A stretch of DNA of 64,000 bases. It comes from Botryllus schlosseri (Eukaryota). The translations under genes were made by a program, and so were the position numbers. Positions 42,520 through 56,508 of this stretch are shown piece by piece (position 1 is the stretch's first letter; each line of letters begins with the position of its first letter). The notes under the pieces were generated by a model that made no database searches, was not told the DNA's origin, and worked only from the letters and a program-made list of their open reading frames with translations. Location: NCBI GenBank assembly GCA_051294905.1, contig CM119373.1, forward strand, positions 37,572,001 to 37,636,000, in the 5' to 3' direction.

Positions 42520-45500
42520 ACAAACCGGATATTGTGACGGCTGATAGGCCGTCTGCCTGGTCTGCTGTGGCACCACGGCCCCGTAGAAGCCTGGTTTGTA
42601 GGAAACCGGCTGCTGGGCCTTTGCTGCGGCATGTAGATAGGACCATTCGCGACCTGGGAGAGGCTGCCTGCGCCCGTAGACATCGATCGGTGGGACACGC
42701 CGAGACCTGGTGCAGAGAGAGACACAGATTCATTATTTTATAATACAAATGCTGAATCGAATTTAACATTGCGGAACCGTAGCTAAAATTTATTTTATAT
42801 TGCAGTCACCTCCTATTCGAAGTCCACTATTAATCTACTAACTAGAGCCCCACCGATATCTGATTTTTGAGCAGATACCGATACCGATACCGATAATTAA
42901 CACTGATGACCCTAATATATTCAGTTGATATCAAGAAAAATTAGCATCTAGCTCACGGCGGATTTTCAAAACTTCACAGCGTTATTTGAACTGCTTTAAA
43001 ACCACCGCAGTCGCAGATTATAGTTCCCTTTCAAGTCAAATGACTGAAATTTTAACAAAAAATCACAGAAAACGGAAGAGAGATTTCATGCCCAAAATCC
43101 AGCTTGAAATCACTCCAAAATCCATATTTAATGAAAATTGCATTTTTTTCAATCTAAATCGCAACAGGTAGTGGGAACAAACCTTGCGCAGCAGCGTACG
43201 GGTTCCTGTTTGTGACCGAGTGAGTTTGTTGTTGTTGTTGTTGTTGGGGTTCCAATGACATCGTGTTAGAAGGCTGTTCTTTCACTGCAAAATAAAAACC
43301 GATTAAACAGGGGCCTGTTACTGATCTCGAGTTCAAACTAGGTCAGTTGCTTAGGCTGCTGTTTTCCGATCACGGCAATATTAGGCGTGGGTTCAAGTCT
43401 CATGTTTCACAATTCATGGCAGCTAAATCCCTAAGAGAATTCTAAGTAAGTCGCATACCCCCAAAATTCCTATGTATGTGAGGCATACCCAGTTTACCAG
43501 AGTTCAGCTCGTATGGAGAAGGATCAAAGATACTTTGGTTTTTTTTTCCCATACCAATTTTATTGCACTTTGTGAGAATACTGAATGTGGGCCGATCATG
43601 GCTTCAAAAATATACCATTTCCAGTAACATTCGTAGGTTTGTACGATATGTTTCATATGCTGTGATCAGGGTTGGGACTTCGGGATCAAATTTGAAATCC
43701 CGGGATCGGGATTTCCCGGGATTTTCGCTTCTCAATCCCGGGATTCCCCGGGATTAGAAAAGTAGTAAAATACACATACAAGTTACACAAATAACATTTA
43801 GTCCTTGTGATATTGAATTGACGCAAAGCATATGAGCATCAAGAGTATCATCGTTTAGATCAGGGGTCCCAAACTCCAATTTGCTCGCGGGCCAATTTCG
43901 TAGTTTTTGATGACACGGCGGGCAGTAGCATCAAATAAGGGGTATAATATGTATTTCCCATTACGCCTTTTTTGTCGGACCTTGCCGATTGGCATTCCAT
44001 ACACATTTTGAAAATGTAATACACTATTGTAATATTCACGGCTGCCAAAAAAAGTCATATTTTTCAATGTTTTTAAAAATATTGTTGTGCTTGGCATAAT
44101 CATCGTAAAAGCTGTCACATTATAATTTAGCAGCTAGTGGACGTTTGATGTATGATAGCGTTTTTGGAGTGGTTTCAGAATGAAATTTCAAGGTCCCAAA
44201 TCCGAAATCTGAAATTTTCGAGTTTAATATTGTCGAATGCTTGAAAAGTCAAAACGCCGACGTGGGCCGCAAAAACAGTTCTTGCGGGCCGCGTGTTTGA
44301 GGCCACTGTTCTAGACAATCAGTCGAGTTTGTGACACTGCTTTATTACCAAAATAAGAGATACGGCGCTACATAAGCCTTGGTAGATGCTGTTCACAAAT
44401 CCCGGGATTTCACCGGGACCAATCCCGGGATCGGGATTGCTTCAAATCCCGGGATCCCGGGATCGGGATTTCCCGGGGTCCCAACGCTAGCTGTGATACA
44501 ACCATTTAAGGCAGTGGTCGGCAACCTATGGCTCTTTTGGCCCTGGGTATGAGGTATGGCTCTCAGTCAAATGTGTATTCTTGTACTGAATTGATCAATA
44601 TTGCAGCGACTTGTTAGTAAATTTTTATCACGGCCAGAATAAGTATTCCCATGGCAGTATAAACGTATCTTTGAGAGGTAAAGGCAATGCCGTCTTCGAG
44701 TTTAGGGGCTCGGACCCCCTCCTTTCAAAATCCCCAAATTTAAGTTACTGTTGCGCGACCAATATCACTCGCGAAGTCTATGTATACCTGACTCGAAATC
44801 TTGGGTTGTGCGATATGTTGCATAGCAGACATGGCGACGCCCATATCACAACGCAGTTTAGAATAGATATAGTCTTCCTGATCTACGGCGCGAAATGAAT
44901 TGCCGTGGACGTGACATTCACAATTACAAACTCGAATTACAAACAACGCCATTGCTGTCCACATTCTCGATTGGTACCTAACTCTGTACACTGTAGTACC
45001 TGCGATAAAATGTATGCGTGTAGCGCAACGTTATGTTACTGCCGAATACTTTGATAATTCAGAAGTCGACAAGTATTTAGATTTTCGAAATCAGTGTGAC
45101 AGATACATTAGATTAATATCAGTTATAATATATTCCAAGCTATTTACAATGAATTTCGTTATCAATGGTGAGGCTTAGCCCATCTGTGCCTTACCTTTCG
45201 TTTCGAGCTTTCTTTTCGAACAATAAATACCAGTTTTTACAGAGAAAATGTGGCGCACACGACGAATGCCATGTAGTGAGTTCGAAATAGTGCTACCATG
45301 ATGACACAAATTTTCAATTGTAACGTAACAGTATGGCTCTTTGGTAGTTGAAATGGCAAAAAATAGGCCCTATATGGCTCTTCGGACAAAAAAGGTTCCC
45401 GACCCGCGACCCCTGATTCAAGGTTTCAATGATTCCACATTACAAAGGAAACTATAATTCTCATTGATAAATTAACTCACTGTGGCAAGGTTAATACAAT

Positions 45501-48500
45501 TTCCGAATCTAAAATTGAATAGTATATTCATATTGAATTGAACCCGAATATTTTTTGCTGACACTCGTCAGGAGTAATCGTCAGCAACTAGTAGAGAATT
45601 GAGGAACATTGTATATGTATATCAACAATCGTATCACAAAATATGACTTCACCCCTGACGAGCGTCAGCCGAAATATATTCGGGTTCATTTCATCAAATG
45701 TATATTCAAGTTCTGTACATCCAAGAATCGAAAATTCGAAACTGGAACTAGTTATTTCACAAAACTTGAACTAGAGCTAAAACTACAGTTTTCAAAATCC
45801 GCAACTAGAATTAGAACTACTTAAAAAACCAGTAGTTAGTTGACCGTCAGCAAACTAGATTGTTAGTTTGTTCGTTCAAGTTTATGAAGGACGTGGATTT
45901 TTTACTTGTCGAAAGTTAACAGACGAAATTACTGCATGGCCCATCAACCGCGTTTTACGACTAAAACCCCACCTGGGTGTGTACCTACAGAGGTCTGAAG
46001 AAACAGCGAGGTCTGATACTAGCGCCGCTGTGAGCCGTACGTATGATGGGCCAGGCTGATGTAGGTCCCAATCAGCGAGTAGTCCGGCAGGTGACCCAGC
46101 ATATCGGCCTGTTGCATTTGTTGAAGATTGTTGTGCAGGAACGTGGAAGAGATCGGCTGGTAGTCAGACGCCTGAATAACGACACAGGTTGTTGTCGAAA
46201 AGTAGAGCAAAGCTGACTGCAAGACCGCAAAGATCGAACAATTTCAAAATTTTCATGACTCTCGAACAAAATTTTAGTCATGACCGGATATCAAATGTGG
46301 TTACTGTCAAACTGCACAGTTTCATTTTTCTAGGCCACACTAGTCCTGGAATACTCGCTTTCCCACTTGGAAATCACGATTTCTAGGCTACTTGTATATG
46401 ACGATTGCCACTACTTCACAGTTTACAGTTGGATCACTTACTGTTTTACTCACTCGAAAATCTGTATTTCTACCTATATTAGATTACTATTTGGCTACTT
46501 CTAGATGATTTCGCACACCAAACCAAAATACTTCTGAAAATTAACAAATCTTGCTCGAAATTACACAGAAGCGCGTCCGGATCACATTAGTTGCCATTTA
46601 ACGTCGAATTCACGACCGATCCACAAAAACTGCGGCTTTCGGCTCAGAGAACAAGCGACTGTGTACATCACAAGCGATCCAGACAGACCAACCATGCGCG
46701 CCTAAATGTTTAATACAGTAAGCAATACAGTTAGAATGCTCAAATGATATAAACACAACACACAATAAACAGAGGTTTGGGATCCGTGTCAAGTTCAAAC
46801 GGCAGGTGAACAGGGTCGAAATTGAGGTTCGTCAGCCATTTAATTCTGCAGAGCCACTCAGATTTGGGGATGCAACTTAATTCATAATTTGTGAATCTAA
46901 TGAAGGGGCCTGGTAGGACCAAGGAATTGAAAATAAAACAATTGTTCTGTTATTTTTTTACGGTTTAAAATTGTACCTGGTGTCCTATGCACTTACTTCA
47001 TGCCCTTATCTCACCTAGAAAATTGCTATAAATTGGCGGTTTTCAATTTTACTCGGGTGTGCCCCCTTCAGTATTTTTCTCCACTGCAAAATTTTGTTAC
47101 ATCTCTTTAACGTAAATTGAATTCTTGTACGACACGTCTGTAGTAAATCGAGTAAAAAGTCGAGGCCTTTTGTAAAGCTAATATCCAGAGCTATCTAACG
47201 CTACTAGTTTGGCCTAGCATGGCTCTTGGTTGCAGAAGTTGACAGCAAACTTTTGACAACAAACTCAGATCTGAATTTCGAATTGCAAATTCCAGAATTT
47301 CCGACCTGTTGCATTGGTTGGATTCTCCACCTGCGATTGTGCCGCAACAATATCAGGGGCTGAGGTCGTCGCGCAACTCGACTTCTCACATTCCTCAGAC
47401 TGGAAAAAAATTTAAAAAAAAAAAATTGGGAAACAATTTGAAAATTCAAAAGCTCATTTTCATAGCTGACAGAATATTTCCGAATCCAGAATGTATTTGA
47501 CAATCTGGGGTGAAACTAAACATGTCTGACATAGTCTGAAAGTATCACCATGATCCAATACCTGGTTGTTGTTTGGTCAAGCGTCGGCAGGTTTTGTTTC
47601 CGAGTCGCGACTCGAAGTACGGAATGAGAACGGAACACTCAACCCTGGATTAATCAATTTCTATGATCATTCGAAAGATATTACTCTGAGTCAAGAGTCA
47701 CACTGTTTCAAACAAAGCCACTGTCAGAGAAATTACAAGTTTTTCAAAAAATCCATCACACCGAAAGTGAGACGCAAGCTACTCTGATTCCAGTACGGAG
47801 TACAAGCCAGGTGTCATACGAGAGATGTTTCCAACTGTAATGCACAAAACCTAGTTTCATTATAGATATTTGACAGGATGACAGCAACATGGTTAAAAAT
47901 ATAATATGGTGAATAATACGAAATAGGTTATCATTTAATTAATTTAATTCTGTGATCATCTGATTTTGCCATTGTTCTACTTCTCATATGATAATGTGCT
48001 TCAGCAGATAATTATTGCCATGCTCAAAAAGAATTCTTATTTATTGAATGTGCTGCATTATGTTTGCAAAGGTGCTTCCGGGTTTATCGACTATCAGTAA
48101 TTCGAGTCGAAATCCAAATAACATGTCAATTTGCTTCGCGCCCTCTCCGATTTCTCTCCAATATCATGCAGGCTATAATAGGTTCTTAAGCAATTGCAGT
48201 TTGAAGAATGAGGATTTTGTGCTTACTCAACAATAAAATTTGATAAGAGGGAACCTGTGTATGATTATAACTCGTAAAATCATTACTTATACAGACTGCA
48301 GGTTGTAATGCTGGTTAGCAATAAGTTAATTGGTGATACAAGTTCTTCACTGACTAGGAATTCCCCTCCGCATTATAGAATCAAGGTTAAAAGCTTGATT
48401 TGAAAATTGACATGCCAGTATGATAAAAAGAGTGATGCGTAACGATACTTCTGAACCCTCTATCACGACTCTATCTAACTCAAAATTGATAAGTAATGCG

Positions 48501-50324
48501 TCATATGAAAGCTGTTACCAATTAGAATCTATCAGAATTGGTTATGATATAAATATAGCACGGTTTGACCTCTAACCCCCCAGTAGGAAAGGTAAAAAGT
48601 TGGGTCTATCACAATAAGCATTTAGCAAAACATCTTACTCCAGAAATCTAGGTCTGCCTGGCTGCAATTTGATCACTATATTGTCAATTACAATTAGACA
48701 CCGGTTCCAAGCTGTATAGCGTCACGGCCGAGTGAGCAAAAATTTTCCGATTTTCTTGAAACAAAGTTTGTTACGCTCCAAATTTGATACCTGATCTACC
48801 GTATGTGATATTTTTCAATTTCATCTGAAATGTAGTGGAGACGGGCGGTTGCATGTTGAGAGGGAATTACCCACTGGAGAACAAAAGATTTGACAACAAA
48901 AATCCTTTATAATTGATATTTGTAAACAAAACAGAAAAAATGAAGCAATAAAATTTGGGTAAAAACCTGAAAACGGTGGTTTCATCAATTCCGGAGATTT
49001 CCCAAACGGACTGAATGTTCGCTGCTGTAATAAGATAATGATTTTTTTTTTCAATTGAAATTTACTGCAGAAATTCCACCCACCTGTTTGATTGTCGGAT
49101 ATGTATGTGTCTGCGACAAACGAAACCGAGTTTTGATGTCCTAAAAAAACGAACAGACCCCCTCCACGTCCGAACCCATCGTCTCAACCTCAGACACGTT
49201 TTTCGGTGGCATTTAACCTCGTTCGCCCCCAATTGCCCAGGCCAGGTCTGACCCCATGCTACGAGGACTGTTGCAGGACTCGGTCTGAGAATGAAATTAA
49301 AATTAAATTTTGGACAAAAAGTGCTGTTGGGTCAAAATAGCGATATTTTGGCGTCAGATTGTGAAGAGACGTTTTTTCTTCAATATTCTTTCAGATGGGG
49401 GTGTCCTTTATCATCACTCGCCATTCTCTTATATAACAGATACATGTCACTCACATGTTTGAAATCGGGGTTTTTCTTCACTTCGGGGTTCGGGATCAGA
49501 TGGCGAATAGAAGGTAGCTCTAAAAATAAATTACAGTTCTGAAAAAGTTTAAAAACATGATGGTGATTACCAAACTTTAAAGTCAACAATATTGAATGAG
49601 TTCCTAAAAATATAACAAAATATAAGTTTCAAGTACTACTCAGCGATGTTATTACAGTACTTCCACTGAGGAAAATCTTTCATATTTTGGATTTCGTTAG
49701 CATCATGTTCGGGTCAGTAACAATTAACAAATCCAGCTTTAAAAAAGTTCAAAAATGAGTATTCGATTATGGGATGTTAAGTTGAATCTGAAAAAACTTG
49801 GAACTTAACAGAGTGAAATATTAGTTCCTAAAAAACATTTCAAGAGGATTTCGCCAACTTCCACTACTTACTCGAGTCTTGTCTAATTATTATGATTACA
49901 CCGAAATGCCAGAAATTTAATTCTAATCCAATTCGTCAAATCTGTCTTTCTTCCAATTCTAATCCAATTTGGAAAAAACTGTATAGTCATCATAGCAATT
50001 CCAATCTAATTTTAAAAAGCCAAAAATTTTTCAGTAGTCCAGCTCTGTGATAATGCGGGGTGTGGCTCAGCTACCTTTCCATTGCTACCAGTAATTGAGT
50101 AGAATATTTTTGAGGCTACATCGACCTCTGACAGTTTGGAAATAAAAACAGAGTGGGTCATCAAATGGGGTGTTATTGAAATGCAGACGTACCTTTCCAC
50201 CGCATACCGTCGTGACGATCCCCGTAGTGGTGGTGCTGACCGAGCTGAACTTACTGAAACTCATCTTGGGGTTGGAAGCGTTGGGGCTGTCGTGCTCGGG
50301 GCGCGCTCATGTAGAGTAGGCACC
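42520..50324 (-). pseudogene. Gln/Pro-rich gene copy B (upstream exons; ~47645-47555, ~47400-47305, ~46170-45975, ~43288-43180, ~42706-42520, candidate 50324-50193)
   Basis: Exon-level similarity to copy A (e.g. SNTMSLEPQ7THSVTNRNPYAAAQG; SSTFLHNNLQQMQQ); TAG for GAG at ~46019, 7-nt deletion at ~42590; downstream exons missing. Confidence 0.65.
43667..44490. mobile_element. Nested MITEs (atcccggga-repeat element interrupted by a CAGGGG-terminal hAT-like MITE at ~43861-44308)
   Basis: agggttggga / tcccaacgct ends with multiple tcccgggat palindromic repeats; inner element caggggtcccaaac / gtttgaggccactg. Confidence 0.5.
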
Positions 50325-50800
50325 TGAAAAAGGGTGGACATTTACAAATCTTGATACATCTATCGTAGCAATCTCTGACATGTAGGCATGGAATACTTAG
50401 TTTAGACTTGAAAATCAATACTTCCAATTTGAATTACACTTGATAAGTTTTCAGGCTAGTCTTGAAATACTCACTTGGACATCGTTACCTCTATATGTAT
50501 ATGATTAATTTCAGTAGTAAGCAGTTTTCAGTTTCCTAGGCGTGGAATTCTAAATTTTTACTTGAAAATCATCATTTCCACTTCTACTCGACAGTATTCA
50601 GACTTAAATAGTCCTGAAACACCTACTTTTTACTTGAAAATCGTCACTTCTGTCCATATTCATTTACCTGAGTTCGGTTTCCAATGTCAAACGAGGGCTT
50701 GAATACTTGCTTTTGCTTACTTGATAATGGCCACTTCCACTTGTATCAGACTAAAAATTTGGGGAAGCGCTCAAGCACAAACAACGGAGTCTCTTTAGCT

Positions 50801-52158
50801 CAGACCTGGGCAAAGTGCGGCCCGCGGGCCAAATGCGGCCCGCGAAGCCATTTTGTGCGGCCCGCGAAAGGTTGCCTGGAATTCAAAACATAAAACTTGC
50901 TTTTTGAATGATTAAAACTATAGGCTGTATCAAATGAACAGGAAATTCGTTTACTTTGAAGGCTGTTCATTAATATGTTATGGTTACGCTGCCGATGTAC
51001 CTGGCATACGTAATCAAGATTCAAAAGAGAGGCAATGTGGCAAAGTAGGAGTAGCATTTGAAGTCACAAGAAATCGCTCTTTCCATATAGTTTAGTTCAA
51101 ACCTTCCTTGTTGACATTGTCACATTAAGCATATTACGGTATGTGTTTGAATTAGTTACGTGATTAGTTTCCAAATCCCTAATTCGTCAAACAAGTCAAT
51201 CAGTGCTCGCGATTACTATATGACTCATCATATCTATCACTCACGCACAAAGGATTAACGGGCATGCAAAAAGAAAGAAATCCGAAAACTGAAATTCAAA
51301 GAAGGTTTAGGTATAGAATTTACAGCACTAAATATTCGCATACTGGAGTCAGGGGTAAACCCATCCTTTCGGTTTTCGCCGAGATTAAGTATTTTAATTA
51401 GGGTCGGTTTTATGACAAAAGCACGAAACACTCGGTAAAGGGAGGGGAAAGTTCAGAAAAACTGCAAGCTTCGCTCAACATGAAGGCTATCTGAGCTGGA
51501 TGCTGGATGCCCGGAAGGCAGCGACCATGAAAATAAGCTTTGTACTATTGCATATACATTTCAGTGCAGTGGTTCTCGAACTGGGAGACGTGAAAGCATC
51601 AGAAGAGTGGCACGAAGCCAAAGTTTATTAAAAAAAATTTTCGCGCTTCGCGCGATATACCCCGGTTTATGGCTGTTGCTCTGTGTATTGTTTGACTTTG
51701 ATATTTCACAATTCTCTCATCAACAGCCATCATCTTCCATGCCATCAAACTATCCGTTGAGATTGCTAGCATTCTGGTTGCACTTTTTAATATTTTGTGA
51801 TATCACGACAACGGGGCGCGAAATTGTTCACTATCATAAAGGGAGGCGTGCCTAAAAAGTTTGAGAACCACAGTTTTAGAGTATTCATAAAATAACGTGG
51901 ATAGGGGTTTGAAGAGAGCTGAAATGTATCATGTTTAACATTGTTTCGAATTATGACAGCAGAAAGATATTTTTTAAATTAACCGTCGTTTTCTCATTAC
52001 CTAATATCAACACATTCACTGAACAGCATGTATTAACAATGTAATTTGGAAATGAAATTAAAATACGCTGGAGAATATAGCTAATTTTTTTCACTCGGCC
52101 CGCCAACGTATATATTTTTCTCATTTGGCCCGCGGAGGAAAATAATTGCCCACCCCTG
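50801..52158. mobile_element. hAT non-autonomous element, 1358 bp, with nested MITE at 51567-51873
   Basis: TIRs CAGACCTGGGCAA / TTGCCCACCCCTG; 8-bp TSD CTTTAGCT (50793-50800, 52159-52166); inner CAGTGGTTCTCGAACT / AGTTTGAGAACCACAG. Confidence 0.85.
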
Positions 52159-53751
52159 CTTTAGCTAATATAGCCGAACCAAGAAAAGACTTTACAATAT
52201 ACTACAAATATGTCCGGATCGCTTCAGTTGCTATCTAGAATCAAAATCACGACTGAGCCCCAAAAATGCGTGGCTTTCGGCTCTGAGAACAATCGATCGT
52301 TTACATCATAAGCGACCCGGGCACTAGAATTTGATAGTAGACGCTTGATTTGAAAGTTTAAAATTCTAAATTCAATAGAAAAAGAGAATTCTTCATCAAA
52401 TTTTACTGGCAAACGAACGAAATTGTCGCATTATCTAAAAAAACGATGCACCAGAGATTTGGCACAATTTCTACCGATATAAGCAAAGATATACGAGCAC
52501 AAAATTTCGGATTTCGTGAAATCCTATGGTCATTAATTTTAGATCCACCCACTGTAAATACTATTATTGGAGTTGAGACTTTCCGATTTTAAATATTAGT
52601 ACTTATGGTGGGCAGCTGTGTCAATGAATTTCTCACTGTAAATACTCTTTTTCCAATTTTCAAATATTTTTGAAGCCAAATTTGGTGTGCATTGCGTCGT
52701 CTTTTTTAGCTAGACCAACGATTTCAAAGTAGCCTGTAAAAATTTAACGAAAAAAGTTGTTTGTAAACAAGCCCTAACGCCTACTCACCACAGCAACTGT
52801 GTTCGGAGGCTACAACCTGCGCCGGGTCCCAGGTTCTGATGGGTTCGTAGCGACATTAGCGCTTGACTCGTTTGGCGGGTTACTTCATCGAGCCGATGCC
52901 CCCCACAACCTGGCCAGAGGTCTTTGTTGAAAACGTGATAGCTCTTTTGCTGATGAGACACTTCGCAGACGTTCACCTCCTCGAGGAAGAAAATCGGTAC
53001 TTTCAAGCAGTGGAAGTGAAGTTATTCCAGCAAAAAAATTTCGATTTGAAAAATTTGTAATCACGACGGCAAATTCTTTGACCATTTGCTATGTGATAAT
53101 GTCTATATTGGGCCTGTTCAAAAAAATATTCCACTTGATATTATTGTTAGGCTGCCTAAAAAAAGCTGCACACAAATTTTGTCTCAATTCCAACCTATAG
53201 GGGCATTGCTACGAGAGAAAAAAGTTTAGGATTTAGGAAATAAAAACAAATATGAAAATGTTTCAAAATTTTACTGGCGATCCCGTGGATTTGTTTCGTT
53301 GTCTCGAAAAAAGCGTGTAGGCTATATAGAATTTAGCTTTCCATTATAGTTGATTCTAATGAGGATGAGGATATCAAATGTCCGTCCGGCAAGCTTGGCT
53401 CGTATCGCCGATCTCCAGAACCATTTACAGGAAACCCAGAAATTGGATTAGAATTATAACGAGGGCATAGAAACAATTCGCAAATGAGATTAGAATAAGG
53501 GGCAAAGAAATATTTCACAAATTAGATTACCGGCACTACTCTTTAATTAGTCTAATTACAATTATCTACTTGTCCAAGTCTGTGTCCTCTAGTACTTCCT
53601 AACCATTAGATAGGAAAAGGCGTATAGCAATTTTGTTTAGCGTGTCGGTGCACTTTTTCTCCCGTCAAATCAAAAGTATGGTCTGTAGAACTATAGAGGA
53701 TGTAGGATTCTTACATGCCAAGGCAACATGAAAAGAATACACTGTTAGTAG

Positions 53752-54615
53752 GGCCCTGTGGATATACGCAGTTCACGCAGATCACGCAGGTCACACAGAT
53801 CACGCAGGCATCACTCTCCCACGTTGTTCTGGTGCTCAGGTATCAAGTCTGGAGTGTTTTGGGGATGTGTTCAAGTTTGTTTAGTAATCAGGTATCGCAC
53901 AGGTAAATCTCCAGCACTTAGGAATCGAACTCTGAAGTCGACCTCGGACGGACTCGAACCCGTGTGTCTGCGGCGGTGTGTTCACGCTAGTTATCATGAT
54001 TTGTGTTTATTTGTCGCCGATTTTTAAATTCGCTGTATTTGCATTTTGCCAAATGGTTTGAAGCGGCTGAAGGAGACACTTTGCTCGCGTGAGCTGACGA
54101 CTCGGACTAGCATCGAACAGGCGGCCTTGGAAGCAAAATCTATACTGCTACCGGTAGTGGTTACTTCCAACATTTGGAACGCAGATCCCAAGTGGCAAAA
54201 GTTTATCTGTGATCCTTGATGAAGGAGCGAAAAGGAAGCGAATGTGAAGGACGGGATTTCGTATCTCAATTCCCAAATACATCACGTTGAACGCTTGTCC
54301 ATTATTAAAGAAATAACACCTCAATGTCGTCATAGTCAATTCATGGTCTACTTTGGACGTACGTCACAAAGATGCGAATTTTCGGACAGATAATATGGAG
54401 TTTGCGCAGCTGTTCTCAGATTAGTTGATATCATTATTGATGTATTGGAATAATTGGCTACTATATAATTTATTTGCTGTTCATCAATATAATTGGCAAC
54501 CTTCGTTGCGAGTTACTTTCAAAGAGTAAGCTAAAACTCGTTTCAGACAGATAATAAATGCGTGTGAACTGCGTGAATTGCGTGAGCTGCGTGAACTGCG
54601 TATATCCACAGGGCC
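53752..54615. mobile_element. Non-autonomous DNA transposon with GG-starting TIRs and 8-bp TSD (Merlin-like by those criteria)
   Basis: TIRs GGCCCTGTGGATATACGCAGTTCACGCAG / CTGCGTGAACTGCGTATATCCACAGGGCC; TSD GTTAGTAG (53744-53751, 54616-54623); subterminal cacgcag repeats. Confidence 0.85.
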
Positions 54616-54957
54616 GTTAGTAGGCCTATATAGGCCTACGTGATGGTCTTACGTTTCCTTGTGAAGCATCACTTTAATTTTGTCCCCCTTTTCAAAATCC
54701 CGCAAAGATAATATGAATTTCGTTAACTCTTCATGATGCTTTCTTTCATTTGCTTTTCGAACTAAATCAGGTCGGCGAATCCTGAAGAGTGATCTTCTGC
54801 TGTCCTGACAAGTCCGTTTATTTGAATAACTACAACCTGGAGTCGCCATATTTGTACACTAACTGTTTAATTCAACCTGTGGAGAGAATAGACCTTGCGA
54901 CTAACTAAATCCTGAGAAAATTGTCGTAGAGTAGAAAAAAATGTCATTCAAAAAGTA

Positions 54958-55909
54958 CCGTCAACCGGGGTGACTTTGATAGTCAGGGTGACTTTGATAA
55001 CTGTGAAAAAAAGGTCATCACTCGGCTCGAGTCCCGAATTACCCACTCTTTACCTATAGTTCTGTAGTGTTGACTTAAATAAAACCAGTTTATACACGCA
55101 TGTGCCCAGTTATCTATCTTTTAGGCCAAAATTTAATGTCATTTATGGTCTTTTGGGGCATCTAGGGCTAAAAAGGAAAACAAATTGACAAAACGGAGGA
55201 TATTTGGGCAAAGGGAGGACATTTCTTCAAAATGGAGGACAAATCCTCCTGAGGAGGATGTATGAAAACCATAGTTCCAATAGCAAGTTTTAAAGCAGCG
55301 AAATATACGATCTAATAGTGTGGAATTCTGTAACAAGTTGGGGCTAGGATTAGTTCAGATCTGGGCGAACCAAATGCGTCCCGTGACGCGATTCTGACGG
55401 GCTCCTACACTAAACTTGGAAGTTATAAGATGAACCTACCTCTGGGAACAGTGTGACAATTGTGATAACCTGTTACATGAACTCTGTCTTGAGAGAGAAG
55501 GGAAAATCAGTGCAACTGCAAGTTCCAACTCTCAGAATTATGGTGGTGTCTGAACATCTCAGAAAACTTCTTATTGGTGGAGTAATTTGTGTTGGTGGAT
55601 GTTTCTTTTATGTCTAGTATTATTTTTTAAACAATTGGTTATCAAAGAGACACCAATAAGGATTTCAATTTGATAACAAATTGTTTTTTCATGGAGTATC
55701 AAAGTCACCCCGACGCCGGGGTGACTTTGATATTTTTTTGACCTTTTAAAAAAGCATGAAGACAAAAGCTGATAAAAAAATGATTTGGTATATTGATAGC
55801 CAAGAGCCACATTGTTACTAGTTCAGAGAATAAGAAATGAAAAACCCCTTTAACCTACTCAAAACGTATCAGAAGTGCCAAAAACTATCAAAGTCACCCC
55901 GGTTGACGG
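54958..55909. mobile_element. Tc1/mariner (pogo-type) MITE, 952 bp
   Basis: TIRs CCGTCAACCGGGGTGACTTTGATAG / CTATCAAAGTCACCCCGGTTGACGG; TA on both sides; internal repeats of gggtgactttgata. Confidence 0.85.
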
Positions 55910-56011
55910 TACGACTTCACTCCTACAGCTGACATTATTTACGTTAGCGACGCACGTCGTCCCTAATCACTCAAGCGCAGCCAGCCTAAACGGAGACCAA
56001 TGGGTCGTCAC

Positions 56012-56508
56012 TAGGGCTGGGCACAATGATTCGAGTACTCGAATCTGAATCGAGTAATAATTTTAATGATTCGAGCCGAGTAGTACAATACGATTTTTTC
56101 GAGTACTGACATTATACGCTCCTCGCAACTGAAAGTTAATTTACCAACGAGAATTATACTTTGGTTACTATTTTCCACTGAGGAAGCCTTAAAACCTTGA
56201 TTGGCTGTGTCGCAGCATACGAGACATAGTACAAAACTACAAACTATACTCGAAATGATACATTTACGAAGCCATGACCATCCCACAAACTTGCCAAGAA
56301 GTGCAATGAAATCGGTATAGGTCGAAAAATACGAAAATATCTATAATATGACGGATAATGGTCATTATGTTCTTTGTGGCGGCATAAATGCAACATATCT
56401 GAACTTTGATATAGTACATTATGTTATGACGTCATAATGAGCGATACTCGAAGGGTAACACGTGATTCAGAATCGAATCTTCCAGATACTCGATTTTGCC
56501 CAGCCCTA
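56012..56508. mobile_element. MITE with TAGGGCTGGGCA TIRs
   Basis: TAGGGCTGGGCA (56012-56023) / TGCCCAGCCCTA (56497-56508); no clean 8-bp TSD. Confidence 0.7.

Noticed and set aside
52785-53085. Possible further upstream exon or death-like domain of the Gln-Pro gene
   Set aside because: Several competing frames, no paralog to fix the frame, no convincing motif
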